Shown here: in pieces, positions 9,698 to 19,070 of the stretch
Position numbering within the stretch: position 1 is the first letter of the stretch
Layout: every line of letters begins with the position of its first letter
From: an uncultured Chloroflexia bacterium
Lineage (GTDB): Bacteria > Chloroflexota > Limnocylindria > QHBO01
Direction of reading: 5' to 3'
Assembly: GCA_963825525.1 (NCBI GenBank)
Contig: CAWGTN010000002.1
Location: 512,001 to 576,000 of the forward strand
DNA length: 64,000 nucleotides
The notes under the pieces: model-generated
What the model was told of the DNA's origin: nothing
The model's database searches: none
Seen by the model: only the letters and a program-made list of their open reading frames with translations
Translations under genes and position numbers: made by a program

Positions 9698-12600
9698 CGG
9701 GCGGCGTCGGGGCAGATCTCGCGGTACGGGCAGTAGCCGCAGCGCATGGCACTCGGCGTGGCGGCGAATTCGCCGGACCGAATGCCGACCGCCGCTCGGC
9801 TCAGCTGCTCCTGTGCCTTCTCGAGGCGCTTTTCGGTCGGCTTCGAGCGGCCGGTGAGGCCGGACTCCAGGAAGTGCAGCGCGAGCTCGTCTGGCAGCGA
9901 GCCCGTCTCGGCCTCGTGTGCCAGCGCGTAGATCGACAGCTGGAGTGATTCCTTGGAGCGCCGATTCGCCGTGGCCAGGTCACGCACGTCGCTCGACTTG
10001 TAGTCGGTGATCACGACCCGCCCGGCCTCGTCCCGGTCGACCCGGTCGTATCGGCCGCGCAGCCGATCCGGGCCAAAGGCGACCGTGAAGTCTCGCTCCA
10101 CCGAGATCGGGCGCGCCGGATCTCGCTGCTGCTCCTCCCAAAAGCGCCCGATGGTGGCGTGCGCCGCTTCCCGACGCGCCTCCTCGTGGGCGCGCGTGAG
10201 GAAGCCAACCGACTCCCAATTCGCGTCCAGGGTGGCGTGCAGGGCCTCGAGCGGCATCGGCTCTCCGGCCATCTGTCGCCGATGGAAGGCCTGCACGGCG
10301 GCATGCAGCGCGCGGCCGTACACCATCTGGTGCGAGGCAGGGGTCGGGATGCGGACCACGTGCCCATAGCGGTAGCGCGCCGGGCAGTCCAGGTAGTCGT
10401 TGATCTGCCCGTAGCTCAGGCTGAGGGGACGATCCCCGAGGCGCGGCCGGGGAGGCGCTGCCGCGGGCGCGGTCGGCGAGACCTCGTGACGCGCCAGCTG
10501 GTCGAGGAGCGCGGGGCGAATCGCGTCCGCGGACGTGGCGGGTGGAAGGTCGAGGGCCTCGGCCACGAAGCGGCTGGTGCCACGCGCCCGACGTCCCGCG
10601 TAGTCCTGCGCCGAGCTGAGGATGAGCTCCTCGCGAGCGCGGGTCATGCCGACGTAGAAGAGACGGCGCTCCTCCGCCACGTGCTGGTCCGCGGTCGGTG
10701 GCGCCTCGCTGACCAGGGAATCGGGCAGCTCGAGAGCGTCGCGACGCTCTCGTCCCGGGAACCGATCGTCGACCAGGCCGACCATGAAGACGACCCCGAA
10801 CTCGAGGCCCTTGGCCTTGTGGTAGGTCAGGACGTGAACCGCGTCCCCTTCGTCGGGGTCGACATCGGCGGTCGAGGGGTCATCGCCGGTCTCGATCAGC
10901 GTGTCCAGCTGCGCCACCAGGAATGGGAGCCGGTCATCACGCAGCAGGCTCCCCTGCCGGCGGATGATCTCGAAGAAGCGCGCCACGTTCGCCAGCCGTT
11001 CGTCGCCCGCCTCACGGGCCTCGTGCGCCAGCCGGGACAGCCAGCCCGAGCTCGAGATGAAGTGGTAGAGAAGCTCTCCGCTGCTGCGCTCGGTGCTCAT
11101 GGCCCGATGCGCCTCGAGGCTGCCCAGGAGGCGCTGCACGACCTCGATGGCCCGTGACCCGAACGGCGAGCGCTCCGGGTCCGAGACCGCGTCCGCGAGC
11201 GCCACGGCCAGGCTGCTGCGGCGGCGGCGTGCCTTGGTGAGCGCGATCGTGACGTCGGCGGCCGCCAGCCCGAAGATCTCGCTGGTGGCCAGGTCGTAGA
11301 GGCTGACCGAGTCCTCCGGGTCATTGAGCGCGCGCAGGAAGCTGATGAGGACGCGCACCTCGGGCTGGCGATACAGGCCGGCGGTCCCACTGAACCTCCA
11401 CGGGATGCGGGCCATGTTGAGGGCTCGAAGGTACGAATCGGCCTCGCGGTTGCCGCGAACCAGGATGGCGTGGTCGCCGGGTCTCCGGCCGGAGCGCAGC
11501 GAGGCGCCGATCCGGTCCGCGACGGCATCGGCCTCGTCCGAGCCGGTGGCAAATGCGAGCACCTCGATGCTGCCCGCGGGAGGTTCGGGCCGTTCGAAGC
11601 GCACGCGAGCCCGCAGCCGCTTGTCGAGCCCTTCCCGAGCCTCCAGCCTGTCCGGATCGTTGTGCGCGATGAGCTTGTGAGCGGCGTCGAGGATCGGCTG
11701 ACGGCTGCGATAGTTGTCGACCAGGACGACGTTCGTCGCCTTGGGATACGCGTCGCGGAACCCCAGGATGTTGCCCAGCGCCGCTCCGCGGAATCGGTAG
11801 ATGCTCTGGTCGTCATCTCCCACCACGGTCACATTGCCGTGCGGCTCGGCGAGCAGGCGCACGATCTCCCACTGGGCGTGGTTCGTGTCCTGGAACTCGT
11901 CGACCAGCACGTACCGATAGCGCGCGCGCTGCGCCTCGAGGACCGACGGGTTGTCACGCAGCAGGCGGAGCGCAAGGCCGACCTGGTCGCCGAAGTCGAG
12001 CCGATCGGTCGTCCGCATCAGCTCCTCGTACGCCCGGTAGGTGGCGGCCAGCTCCGTGTGACGCGCCGCCTCCTCCGCCAGGGCCTCGTCCTCGGGCCGA
12101 TCGGCGGCCCGGCCGCGGAGCTCATCGGCCGCTGCCACGTATGCCTCGGGCCCGATGTCCTCGTCCCGCAGCCTGCCGATGAGCGTGACGAGGGCGGACA
12201 GGAAGCGGGTCGGATCGCCCAGGGGACGGAAGCGGTCCAACGGCAGCTCGAACAGGTGCTCGCGCAGCAGGATGATCTGCTCGGCCCGCGACAGGACCGT
12301 GGAACGGTCCGACAGGCCGGCCTCCAGGGCATGCTCGCGCAGCAGCCGATCACCGAACGCGTGGAACGTGCTGATCTCCGCGTCGTTGTGGCCGTACGGG
12401 ACGAGGCGATCCACCCGATCCACCATCTCCGCCGCCGCCCGGTCCGTGAAGGTCAGCGCCAGGATCTCGGACGGCAGCGCGCGCTTCTCGGCGATGAGCC
12501 AGGCGATGCGGCGGGTGATCACCGTGGTCTTGCCGGTCCCGGCGCCCGCCACGATGAGGAGCGGGCCGTCACCGTGCGTGACCGCCTTTCGCTGACGGGC

Positions 12601-12747
12601 GGTGAGATCGGCCAGCAGCGGAGGCTGCACACGGAGGTGCGGCCGGCGGGGTCGGGGTGCCGACGCGAGCTCCTCGAAGAACGGGAGCTGATCTGGCGAG
12701 GGCACGACCGGTGGCATTTCGTCGATGGTAACGGAGGACCGGTTCAC
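9694..12747 (-). CDS. UvrD/PcrA-type SF1 helicase fused to a C-terminal PD-(D/E)XK nuclease with four Cys (AdnA/AdnB/AddB-like)
   Basis: AGAGTGKT, TFT, TFH, VDEFQD, GDDDQSIYRFRGA, NYRS, TYHKAKGLEF, EERRLFYVGMTRA; GRYDRVD..TDYKS..QL.IY; DCP...CGYCPYREIC. Confidence 0.92.
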   Translation of the reverse strand: MNRSSVTIDEMPPVVPSPDQLPFFEELASAPRPRRPHLRVQPPLLADLTARQRKAVTHGDGPLLIVAGAGTGKTTVITRRIAWLIAEKRALPSEILALTFTDRAAAEMVDRVDRLVPYGHNDAEISTFHAFGDRLLREHALEAGLSDRSTVLSRAEQIILLREHLFELPLDRFRPLGDPTRFLSALVTLIGRLRDEDIGPEAYVAAADELRGRAADRPEDEALAEEAARHTELAATYRAYEELMRTTDRLDFGDQVGLALRLLRDNPSVLEAQRARYRYVLVDEFQDTNHAQWEIVRLLAEPHGNVTVVGDDDQSIYRFRGAALGNILGFRDAYPKATNVVLVDNYRSRQPILDAAHKLIAHNDPDRLEAREGLDKRLRARVRFERPEPPAGSIEVLAFATGSDEADAVADRIGASLRSGRRPGDHAILVRGNREADSYLRALNMARIPWRFSGTAGLYRQPEVRVLISFLRALNDPEDSVSLYDLATSEIFGLAAADVTIALTKARRRRSSLAVALADAVSDPERSPFGSRAIEVVQRLLGSLEAHRAMSTERSSGELLYHFISSSGWLSRLAHEAREAGDERLANVARFFEIIRRQGSLLRDDRLPFLVAQLDTLIETGDDPSTADVDPDEGDAVHVLTYHKAKGLEFGVVFMVGLVDDRFPGRERRDALELPDSLVSEAPPTADQHVAEERRLFYVGMTRAREELILSSAQDYAGRRARGTSRFVAEALDLPPATSADAIRPALLDQLARHEVSPTAPAAAPPRPRLGDRPLSLSYGQINDYLDCPARYRYGHVVRIPTPASHQMVYGRALHAAVQAFHRRQMAGEPMPLEALHATLDANWESVGFLTRAHEEARREAAHATIGRFWEEQQRDPARPISVERDFTVAFGPDRLRGRYDRVDRDEAGRVVITDYKSSDVRDLATANRRSKESLQLSIYALAHEAETGSLPDELALHFLESGLTGRSKPTEKRLEKAQEQLSRAAVGIRSGEFAATPSAMRCGYCPYREICPDAAR

Positions 12748-12816
12748 GCCGCCGTTATCACCTGCGTACCGGACAGCTCGGCTGTCGCAACCACTGCGAC
12801 CATGAGGGTTCGCGAG

Positions 12817-13476
12817 CTAGCGGATCGATCGCCGCCGCTGGGGTCGTGGCCGATAGCGCGGACGGTGGCCGGCGCCACGTTGTCCCATGGCGGCCAGGAT
12901 CGCTTCCGCGTGCCGGCGCGAGGTGTGGAGCTCGTCCCGGAGACGGGCGATGCTGAGCGTCCCCGACATGCCCTCGACCCGCACGCGGAGCGCCGACCAG
13001 ACATCGGCCGGATACTCGATCCCCGGGGCGATCTGCCTGAGCTGCCCGGCGGTTCGCAGCTGGTCCACCACGGCCGGCGGGATCCCGAGCCGCCCGGCGA
13101 TGCCCTCGACTCGCGGTGGCTCGGCGCCCGCCGCACGGAGCCCGTCGAGCAGGGTCGCCACCTTCTCGGCCATCTCGGGCGCGAGGCCGGTCTTCGCATC
13201 GGCCAGGCGGATGCGTCGGCCGGTACGAACAAGCTTGCCGGAGGTCACGAGGTCATCGATCACGCGACGGAGATCGGCCTCGGGGAGGTCCAGCTGGCCA
13301 CCGCCCCGATGACGGCTCGAGGGCTGCCGCTCTGCGATGGTCAAGATCCGGGCCACGAGCCCGTCCATCCGAATGTCGACGGCCAGCGGCTGCTCACGGT
13401 GGAAGCGGCGGAGGGCAAGCAGCACGAGGCGTTCGGCCACGTGGCGCTGCTCGGGGTCGATCGCCCCGATCGTCAC
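12817..13476 (-). CDS. Stand-alone SelB C-terminal winged-helix-like protein (no GTPase domain)
   Basis: L.RFHREQPL (WH1-like), LV..G.LV, LRDELHTSRRHA..IL (WH4-like); GTGA overlap with the upstream gene. Confidence 0.6.
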   Translation of the reverse strand: MTIGAIDPEQRHVAERLVLLALRRFHREQPLAVDIRMDGLVARILTIAERQPSSRHRGGGQLDLPEADLRRVIDDLVTSGKLVRTGRRIRLADAKTGLAPEMAEKVATLLDGLRAAGAEPPRVEGIAGRLGIPPAVVDQLRTAGQLRQIAPGIEYPADVWSALRVRVEGMSGTLSIARLRDELHTSRRHAEAILAAMGQRGAGHRPRYRPRPQRRRSIR

Positions 13477-13985
13477 GCCGGGCGCGTCCCCTCGACCGCG
13501 ATCCGGATGGCCTGCGATTCCTCGTCCGACAGGTTGTGCGGCGACGCGCCATCGGCCACCGGCTTGGCGAAGACCCGGGTGTTGGCCCGCCCATGGAGGC
13601 TGCTGATCACGATCCCGTCGCGGGCGTCGTCGAGCAGCGCGATGGCGAAGCTCTGGTCCGACCCCGTGTCATCGAACGGGTTGAATCGCACGAGCCCGAT
13701 GTGCTGGAGGCTGCGCCGTGATCGCTCGACGATGCCGGCATGGAGGGCCTCGATCTCGCTCATCCGATCGGTCGCACGAACCGCCTGCTCGGCACTCCCG
13801 ACCAGCCGATCGTGGAGCGATCCGCCGTCTCCGTCGCGCACGAGGTCGCGATAGCGGCGCACGGCGCGTCCCACCCGGATGCCCTGGACGAGCGTCACGA
13901 CGAGGAGCAGCAGGATGATGGCCGTGAGCGCGCCGAAGGCGAGGGCCAGGTTCTCGGTGAGGAAGCGGTCGAGATCGGGCATCAA
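13473..13985 (-). CDS. DUF4446 family membrane-anchored protein
   Basis: N-terminal TM; IGLVRFNPF.DTGSDQSF.IALLD...GIVISSLHGR..TRVFAKP...LSDEE. Confidence 0.85.
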   Translation of the reverse strand: MMPDLDRFLTENLALAFGALTAIILLLLVVTLVQGIRVGRAVRRYRDLVRDGDGGSLHDRLVGSAEQAVRATDRMSEIEALHAGIVERSRRSLQHIGLVRFNPFDDTGSDQSFAIALLDDARDGIVISSLHGRANTRVFAKPVADGASPHNLSDEESQAIRIAVEGTRPA

Positions 13986-14064
13986 ATCGGCGGTATCATA
14001 GCCGCCCCACGGCCTCCCGCCCGGCCGCGGGCTGCCGTTTGATCACGCACCAGACGAGGTACCG

Positions 14065-14407
14065 ATGGCTCGGAGAGTCGGCAAGGCAGCCAGTCGCAAG
14101 GCACGCCAGCGCAACGTCAAGCGCGCGTCGCGTGCCGCGTCATCGCCGTCGTTCGGCGAGCCCGTGGCGCCCGCCGCCGACTCCGACCCAGGATGTCTCG
14201 CAGGTAGCGTCTCCGGCGTCGCCTGCACCCGTGCGGCGCCCGGCCAGCGCTTCGACCTCGGCCGGATCGACGCTGACCAGCAGCGAGCGCGCGGAGTACC
14301 ACTACGTGGAGCGGGACCTGCGCAACATCGGCATCCTGACGGCCGCCATGGCCGCCATGCTGCTCGTCGCCTGGCTCATCTTCTCGGCGCTTGGCCTGGT
14401 CGGCTAG
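14065..14407 (+). CDS. Small membrane protein (basic N-terminus, EYHYVERDL + C-terminal TM); +1 frameshift near 14170
   Basis: GAGG then ATG 14065; the TM tail is in the frame of ORF 14039..14407; length 343 = 3n+1. Confidence 0.55.
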
Positions 14408-14435
14408 CGCGGGACGGGGCCGCTCGCAGGCCGCT

Positions 14436-14610
14436 CGATCTATGAGGGCGTGCATCACCGGAGACGTCCGCCACGCGCGGTTCCTTCGATACATCGACTG
14501 CCCGTGCGCGTGAAGTGCGCGGCTGCGGGACTCTCACGCGGCGGAACTCTCGATTCATCGCGGGAACGACACCCAACGCGGCGTTCCGGTGACAATCCTG
14601 CGATCTATCG
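14436..14610. ncRNA. Long imperfect palindrome: candidate 6S RNA or REP/MITE-like element
   Basis: Nested complementary arms tcaccgga/tccggtga, gttccttcgat/atcgcgggaac, cgcgtga/tcacgcg. Confidence 0.35.
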
Positions 14611-14627
14611 AAGTGGGGTAAGGCTGC

Positions 14628-15098
14628 TCACCCCACCCAGGCCGCCCACTCCTCGCCGGCATCGCGTTGGAGCGCTCGCAGGTACACGCTGAGCTTGCCG
14701 TAGAAGATGTAGACCGCCTCCCGGTAGATCTCGTGCTGGGTGAACGGCGATGCGATGAAGCCATGCCCACGGTCGATCCGGTCGACGCGCAGCTCGTCCT
14801 CGGTGAATCGGCTCATCGCGTTCTTCATGGCCTCGTCATGCGATTCGAACCATGACCGCAGGCTTGCGATCGTGATCGGCTCCGGCGGCGGAAGCTGCCG
14901 GTGCGTCCAATCGAGGGTCAGCGTCTCGAAGGAGTGCGTGTAGACGCCCTGGAGGTCGCCCATCTCGACCAGCAGCTCGCCCAGCGTCGGGTTGTTGCCG
15001 GGCAGCCGGTAGGCAAGGTCGGCATCGGACACCAATGTCAGGAGATGGTCCCGCATGCTGTGGTGCCCGCGGATCTCCTCTTCGAAGAGGTTGTTCAT
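14628..15098 (-). CDS. DinB/DUF664-like protein
   Basis: L..VSDADL.Y..PG.N.TLGELL; HE..Y..K..VYLRAL; GGAG before ATG. Confidence 0.7.
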   Translation of the reverse strand: MNNLFEEEIRGHHSMRDHLLTLVSDADLAYRLPGNNPTLGELLVEMGDLQGVYTHSFETLTLDWTHRQLPPPEPITIASLRSWFESHDEAMKNAMSRFTEDELRVDRIDRGHGFIASPFTQHEIYREAVYIFYGKLSVYLRALQRDAGEEWAAWVG

Positions 15099-15207
15099 TG
15101 TGAATCTCCGTGTGTTCGCATCGAACCCTGGGTGCAACTGCCGTTCCACTCTTCGCCAGCGTCGCGTCCGGCGCCATCAGGGAGACGCTGAGCCTGCCAT
15201 ATCAGTC

Positions 15208-15804
15208 CTAGTCGGAAGGCCTTCCGGCCTGCAACAGCCGGATGCGGCTGGTTCCAAGGAGCTCCAGCTCCTCACCTGTCGCCCGCCAGGACTCGTTGTG
15301 CCGCAGGGCGAGCGCGATGCGGTGATGGAGTCCGCTGAGCGCTTCGTCACACGGCCTCTGTTCACGCAGGCTCAGCCGCAGATCGTCGAAACCAGTGAAA
15401 TTCAGAGCATGGCCATCGGTATCCATAACAACCTCGGACACGCTCTCTCGGCAGCGTGGCGATAGACCCCCGGTGCCCAACACGATATGCGTCACGAGGG
15501 AGGCCGACTCGGCATCGAGGAATAGATACACCTCTCCTTCCGGCACGGTATCGCCGTCAATTTCCGCGACAGTCCAGGAAGTGCCAAGCAGGTCATCGGC
15601 GTCGTGAACGAGCACCTCTGCGAACGCCAGGAGAAGGGGCCCGACAACCGCGAGGGCCGCCGTGCCGAGGAACAGAGCGACGAGACCCCTACGCCGGGAC
15701 ACGCCCGCCCAGGCCGCCGCAATAGCGGCCGGAATGAGAATCCACGGCGAGAGCGCGAAGGCCGTGCCCGCAGCCGACAGCTCGACGAGTCCTTCCACGG
15801 CCAC
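15208..15804 (-). CDS. Membrane protein with a possible META/HslJ-like extracytoplasmic domain
   Basis: Two TM segments, then LLGTSWTVAEIDG, a Cys pair, and W...G.EL.L. Confidence 0.5.
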   Translation of the reverse strand: MAVEGLVELSAAGTAFALSPWILIPAAIAAAWAGVSRRRGLVALFLGTAALAVVGPLLLAFAEVLVHDADDLLGTSWTVAEIDGDTVPEGEVYLFLDAESASLVTHIVLGTGGLSPRCRESVSEVVMDTDGHALNFTGFDDLRLSLREQRPCDEALSGLHHRIALALRHNESWRATGEELELLGTSRIRLLQAGRPSD

Positions 15805-15828
15805 AGGTTAGCTCGCCGACGTGGGTGA

Positions 15829-17184
15829 TCACGTGCCCGCCTTCCGGCCGCGCTCCTCCAGCCGATGACGCCGGAGCCGCTGGAGCCGCTCTCCGATCTT
15901 GAGCTCGAGCCCCTCCTCCGACGGCTCGTAGAAGACGCGACCGACGAGCGCGTCGGGCAGGTACTCCTGGTCGACATCGGCGTCGTCGTAGTCGTGGGGG
16001 TAGAGGTAGCCCTTGCCGTAGCCCTGCTCGCGCGCCAACCGCCGATGCGAAGAAGGTCGCAGGTGGAGCGGCACCGGCAGCCGACCGTGCTCCTCGACCT
16101 CGGCCAGGGCCGCGAAGTAGGCCGCGCCGGCACGGTTCGACTTCGGCGCCGATGCGACATAGGCCGCAGCCTGGGCCAGCGCGTACTGCGCCTCCGGCAG
16201 GCCGATCATCTCGACGGCCTGCATGGCCGCCACCGCCACCTGGAGCGCCCGCGGATCGGCGTTACCCACGTCCTCCGAGGCGGCGATCACGATCCGCCGC
16301 GCGATGAACGTCGGATCCTCCCCCGCCGCCACCATGCTGGCGCACCAGTAGAGGGCGGCATCGGGGTCGTTGCCGCGCATGCTCTTGATGAAGGCCGATG
16401 AGGCCTCGTAGTGCTGGTCGCCGACCCGGTCGTAGGCCAGGAGCCGCTGCTGGGCCGCCTCGGCGGCGCCCTCCGGCGTGATCTCGGCGCCGTCGTCGAG
16501 CACCGCGGCCGACGCCTCGAGGATGTTGAGCGCGGTCCGTGCATCGCCACCGGCAAGGTCCAGGATCGTCTCGCGCGCCTCGGTCGACAGCGCCACGCGG
16601 CCGGCGAGGCCACGGTCGGGATCGGCCAGCGCGCGATCAACGATCTCGCCCAGCGCATCGGCATCCAGCGGCTCCAGGCGGTAGACGCGCATCCGCGACA
16701 GGAGCGGCGAGTTGATCTCGTAGTACGGATTCTCGGTCGTGGCGCCGATGAGCGAGATCGTGCCGTCCTCGACGTGCGGCAGGAGCGCGTCCTGCTGGCT
16801 CTTGTTGAACCGATGGAGCTCGTCGATGAAGGCGATCGTCGCCCCACCCGCGTCACGCAATGCCTTCGCGTCGGCGACCAGCGCGCGGATGTCGGCAACG
16901 CCGCTCGACACCGCGCTGAGCTGGCGCCACGTGCCGCCGGCCCGGTCGGCCAGCAGCCGCGCCAGGGTCGTCTTGCCGCTGCCCGGCGGCCCCCACAGCA
17001 CGATGGAGGGCCGATGGCCGGGCTTCACGACCCGGGTCAGCGCTCCCTCGTCTCCCACGAGATGCGGCTGCCCAACGAACTCCTCGAGCGTGCGCGGCCG
17101 CATCCGCGCGGCGAGCGGCGCATCGGCGCTCACCGTGTCGCCGAACAGGGGCTGCGTCGGCTCAGTCCGCGCGCGACGCGGCAT
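15829..17184 (-). CDS. rarA: Replication-associated recombination protein A (AAA+)
   Basis: PLAARMRP..L.EFVGQ, WGPPGSGKTT, DELHRFNKSQQD, GATTENP, SAFIKSMRG, ASEDVG.AD, GYLYPHD. Confidence 0.95.
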   Translation of the reverse strand: MPRRARTEPTQPLFGDTVSADAPLAARMRPRTLEEFVGQPHLVGDEGALTRVVKPGHRPSIVLWGPPGSGKTTLARLLADRAGGTWRQLSAVSSGVADIRALVADAKALRDAGGATIAFIDELHRFNKSQQDALLPHVEDGTISLIGATTENPYYEINSPLLSRMRVYRLEPLDADALGEIVDRALADPDRGLAGRVALSTEARETILDLAGGDARTALNILEASAAVLDDGAEITPEGAAEAAQQRLLAYDRVGDQHYEASSAFIKSMRGNDPDAALYWCASMVAAGEDPTFIARRIVIAASEDVGNADPRALQVAVAAMQAVEMIGLPEAQYALAQAAAYVASAPKSNRAGAAYFAALAEVEEHGRLPVPLHLRPSSHRRLAREQGYGKGYLYPHDYDDADVDQEYLPDALVGRVFYEPSEEGLELKIGERLQRLRRHRLEERGRKAGT

Positions 17185-17236
17185 GCGTACCCCACGGGTC
17201 CATGTGGTCATCCATGCGCCGATTATGATGCGGAGC

Positions 17237-18395
17237 ATGGAACAGAATCTCCGGACGCCGGGGCCAACGCCGATTCCCGATGCCGTTCGCGATGCCCAGG
17301 CGCAGCCGATGATCGACCACCGTGGCACCGAGTTCGCCGAGATGCTGCGCGAGACATCCGCGGGCCTTGGGACACTCATCGGCACCAGCCGGCGACATCC
17401 TGCTCCTGACGGGCTCGGGCTCGGGGGCTCTCGAGGCCGCCGTCGTCAACACCCTCTCCCCCGCCGATCGGGTCCTGGTCGTCACCATCGGGTCATTCGG
17501 TGATCGATTCGCCGCCATCGCCGCGGCCTTCGGTGCCGACGTCGATCGGTTCGAGGTCGAGTGGGGCCAGGCCGCCGATCCGGCGGCTCTGCGTGATCAC
17601 CTCGCGGGCGCAGACCCGTATCGGGCCGTGCTGATCACGCACAACGAGACGTCGACCGGCGTCGCCAACCCGCTGCGCGAGCTTGCCGAGGTCGTGCGGG
17701 CCGCTCCCGGCGAGCCACTCCTCGTCGTGGATGGCATCAGCGGGCTGGGTGCCATGCCATTCGAGATGGACGCGTGGGGCGTGGACCTTGTCGTGAGCGC
17801 CAGCCAGAAGGCGTGGATGGCCTCCCCGGGGATCGCGATCGCCGCGGTTGGCGACCGCGCACGGACCGCCGGCGAGACGGCCCGCATGCCCCGCTACTAC
17901 TGGGACTTCGCCGAGGCCCGCTCGTGGGCCGCCAAGGGACAGACGCCATGGACCCCGGCCATCGCCGTGATGTACGGCCTTCGCGTCGGCGTTCGCCGCC
18001 TTGTCGAGGAGGGTCGCGAGCGAACCTGGGCGCGGCACGCGGCCATTGCGGCTGGGGTGGTCTCAGGATTCGAGACGCTCGGGCTGCGGCCGGTTGCCCC
18101 GGTGGACCGCAGATCAGGCACCGTGACCGCCGCCTGGCTGCCCGATGGTCTGGAATGGGCGCCGTTCAACGCCGCCATGCGCGCCAGGGGACTGGTCATC
18201 GCCGGCGGCCAGGGCAAGTGGACCGGCCGCATCCTGCGCTTCGGTCACATGGGCGATGTCGGGATCGATGAGATGGCCGATGCGCTGCGCATCATGGGCG
18301 ACGTCCTGGGCGAGTTCGGGGTCGATGCCGACGGCTCCGCCGCAGCCGATGCGGCGCGGGAAGGCTTCGCGTCGCGGACCGCCGCGGCGCGGTGA
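17237..18395 (+). CDS. Class V PLP aminotransferase (serine-pyruvate/alanine-glyoxylate type); +1 frameshift near 17390
   Basis: TPGPT..HRG (ORF 16739 frame), then GSGSGALEA, HNETSTG, VDGIS, SASQKA, RFGHMG (ORF 17322 frame). Confidence 0.88.
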
Positions 18396-19069
18396 GCGGC
18401 CGGGTGCTGCTCCTCGTCCGGCACGGCGTGACGGACTGGAACCGAGAGGGACGCTTCCAGGGCCACCTCGATCCTCCGCTCGCATCGGACGGGCTGGCTG
18501 AGGCGGAGCTCCTCGGAACTCGGTTGTCCGGCGACGAAAGCCTGCGCCCGGTGCGCGTGATCAGCTCCAACCTGGCGCGGGCTCGTCAGACGGCCGAGGG
18601 CATCGCAAGTCGGGTCGGGGTGGAGGTCGAGCTGGATGCGCGACTCATCGAGATCGGGCAAGGCGAGTGGGAGGGCCGCACGCACGACGATCTCGCGGTG
18701 AACGATGCGGCCCGCTACGAAGCCTGGCGCAACGACACCCGCATTCGGCAGCCGCCTGGCGGCGAATCGCTCGAGCTGGCCTGGACGCGGGTCTCTTCCC
18801 TGCTCGCCGAGCTGGAGGCTGACCCACGCGAGGATCCCATCTGCATCGTCAGTCACGGTGGGACGCTTCGCGTGCTGGCGCGCATCCTGTTCGGCGGAGA
18901 GGTCGAGGAGCGCTGGAGCTTCGACGTCGACAACGCCTCGCTCAGCGTCTGCCGCCAGATCGACGGTCCCGGACCCTGGCGACTCGAGCGCTGGAACGAC
19001 ACGCTGCATCTGCTGGGCACGACGCCGACACACGTCGACGAGGCCGAGGGCCGCCCCCTGGCGCTGTGA
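18392..19069 (+). CDS. Histidine phosphatase (GpmB/PspA/CobC-like)
   Basis: LVRHG.T.WN, RARQTA, G.WEG, PGGES, VSHGG, WNDT.HL. Confidence 0.9.
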   Translation: MSGRVLLLVRHGVTDWNREGRFQGHLDPPLASDGLAEAELLGTRLSGDESLRPVRVISSNLARARQTAEGIASRVGVEVELDARLIEIGQGEWEGRTHDDLAVNDAARYEAWRNDTRIRQPPGGESLELAWTRVSSLLAELEADPREDPICIVSHGGTLRVLARILFGGEVEERWSFDVDNASLSVCRQIDGPGPWRLERWNDTLHLLGTTPTHVDEAEGRPLAL

Positions 19070-19070
19070 G

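Noticed and set aside
9694-10450. Cas4-like nuclease suggesting CRISPR-Cas
   Set aside because: It is the C-terminal domain of a UvrD helicase; no repeat-spacer array or cas genes were seen
12744-14000. Selenoprotein or SECIS element near the SelB-like gene
   Set aside because: No in-frame TGA at a Cys-equivalent position was noticed in neighbouring genes, and no selA/selC/selD is in the window
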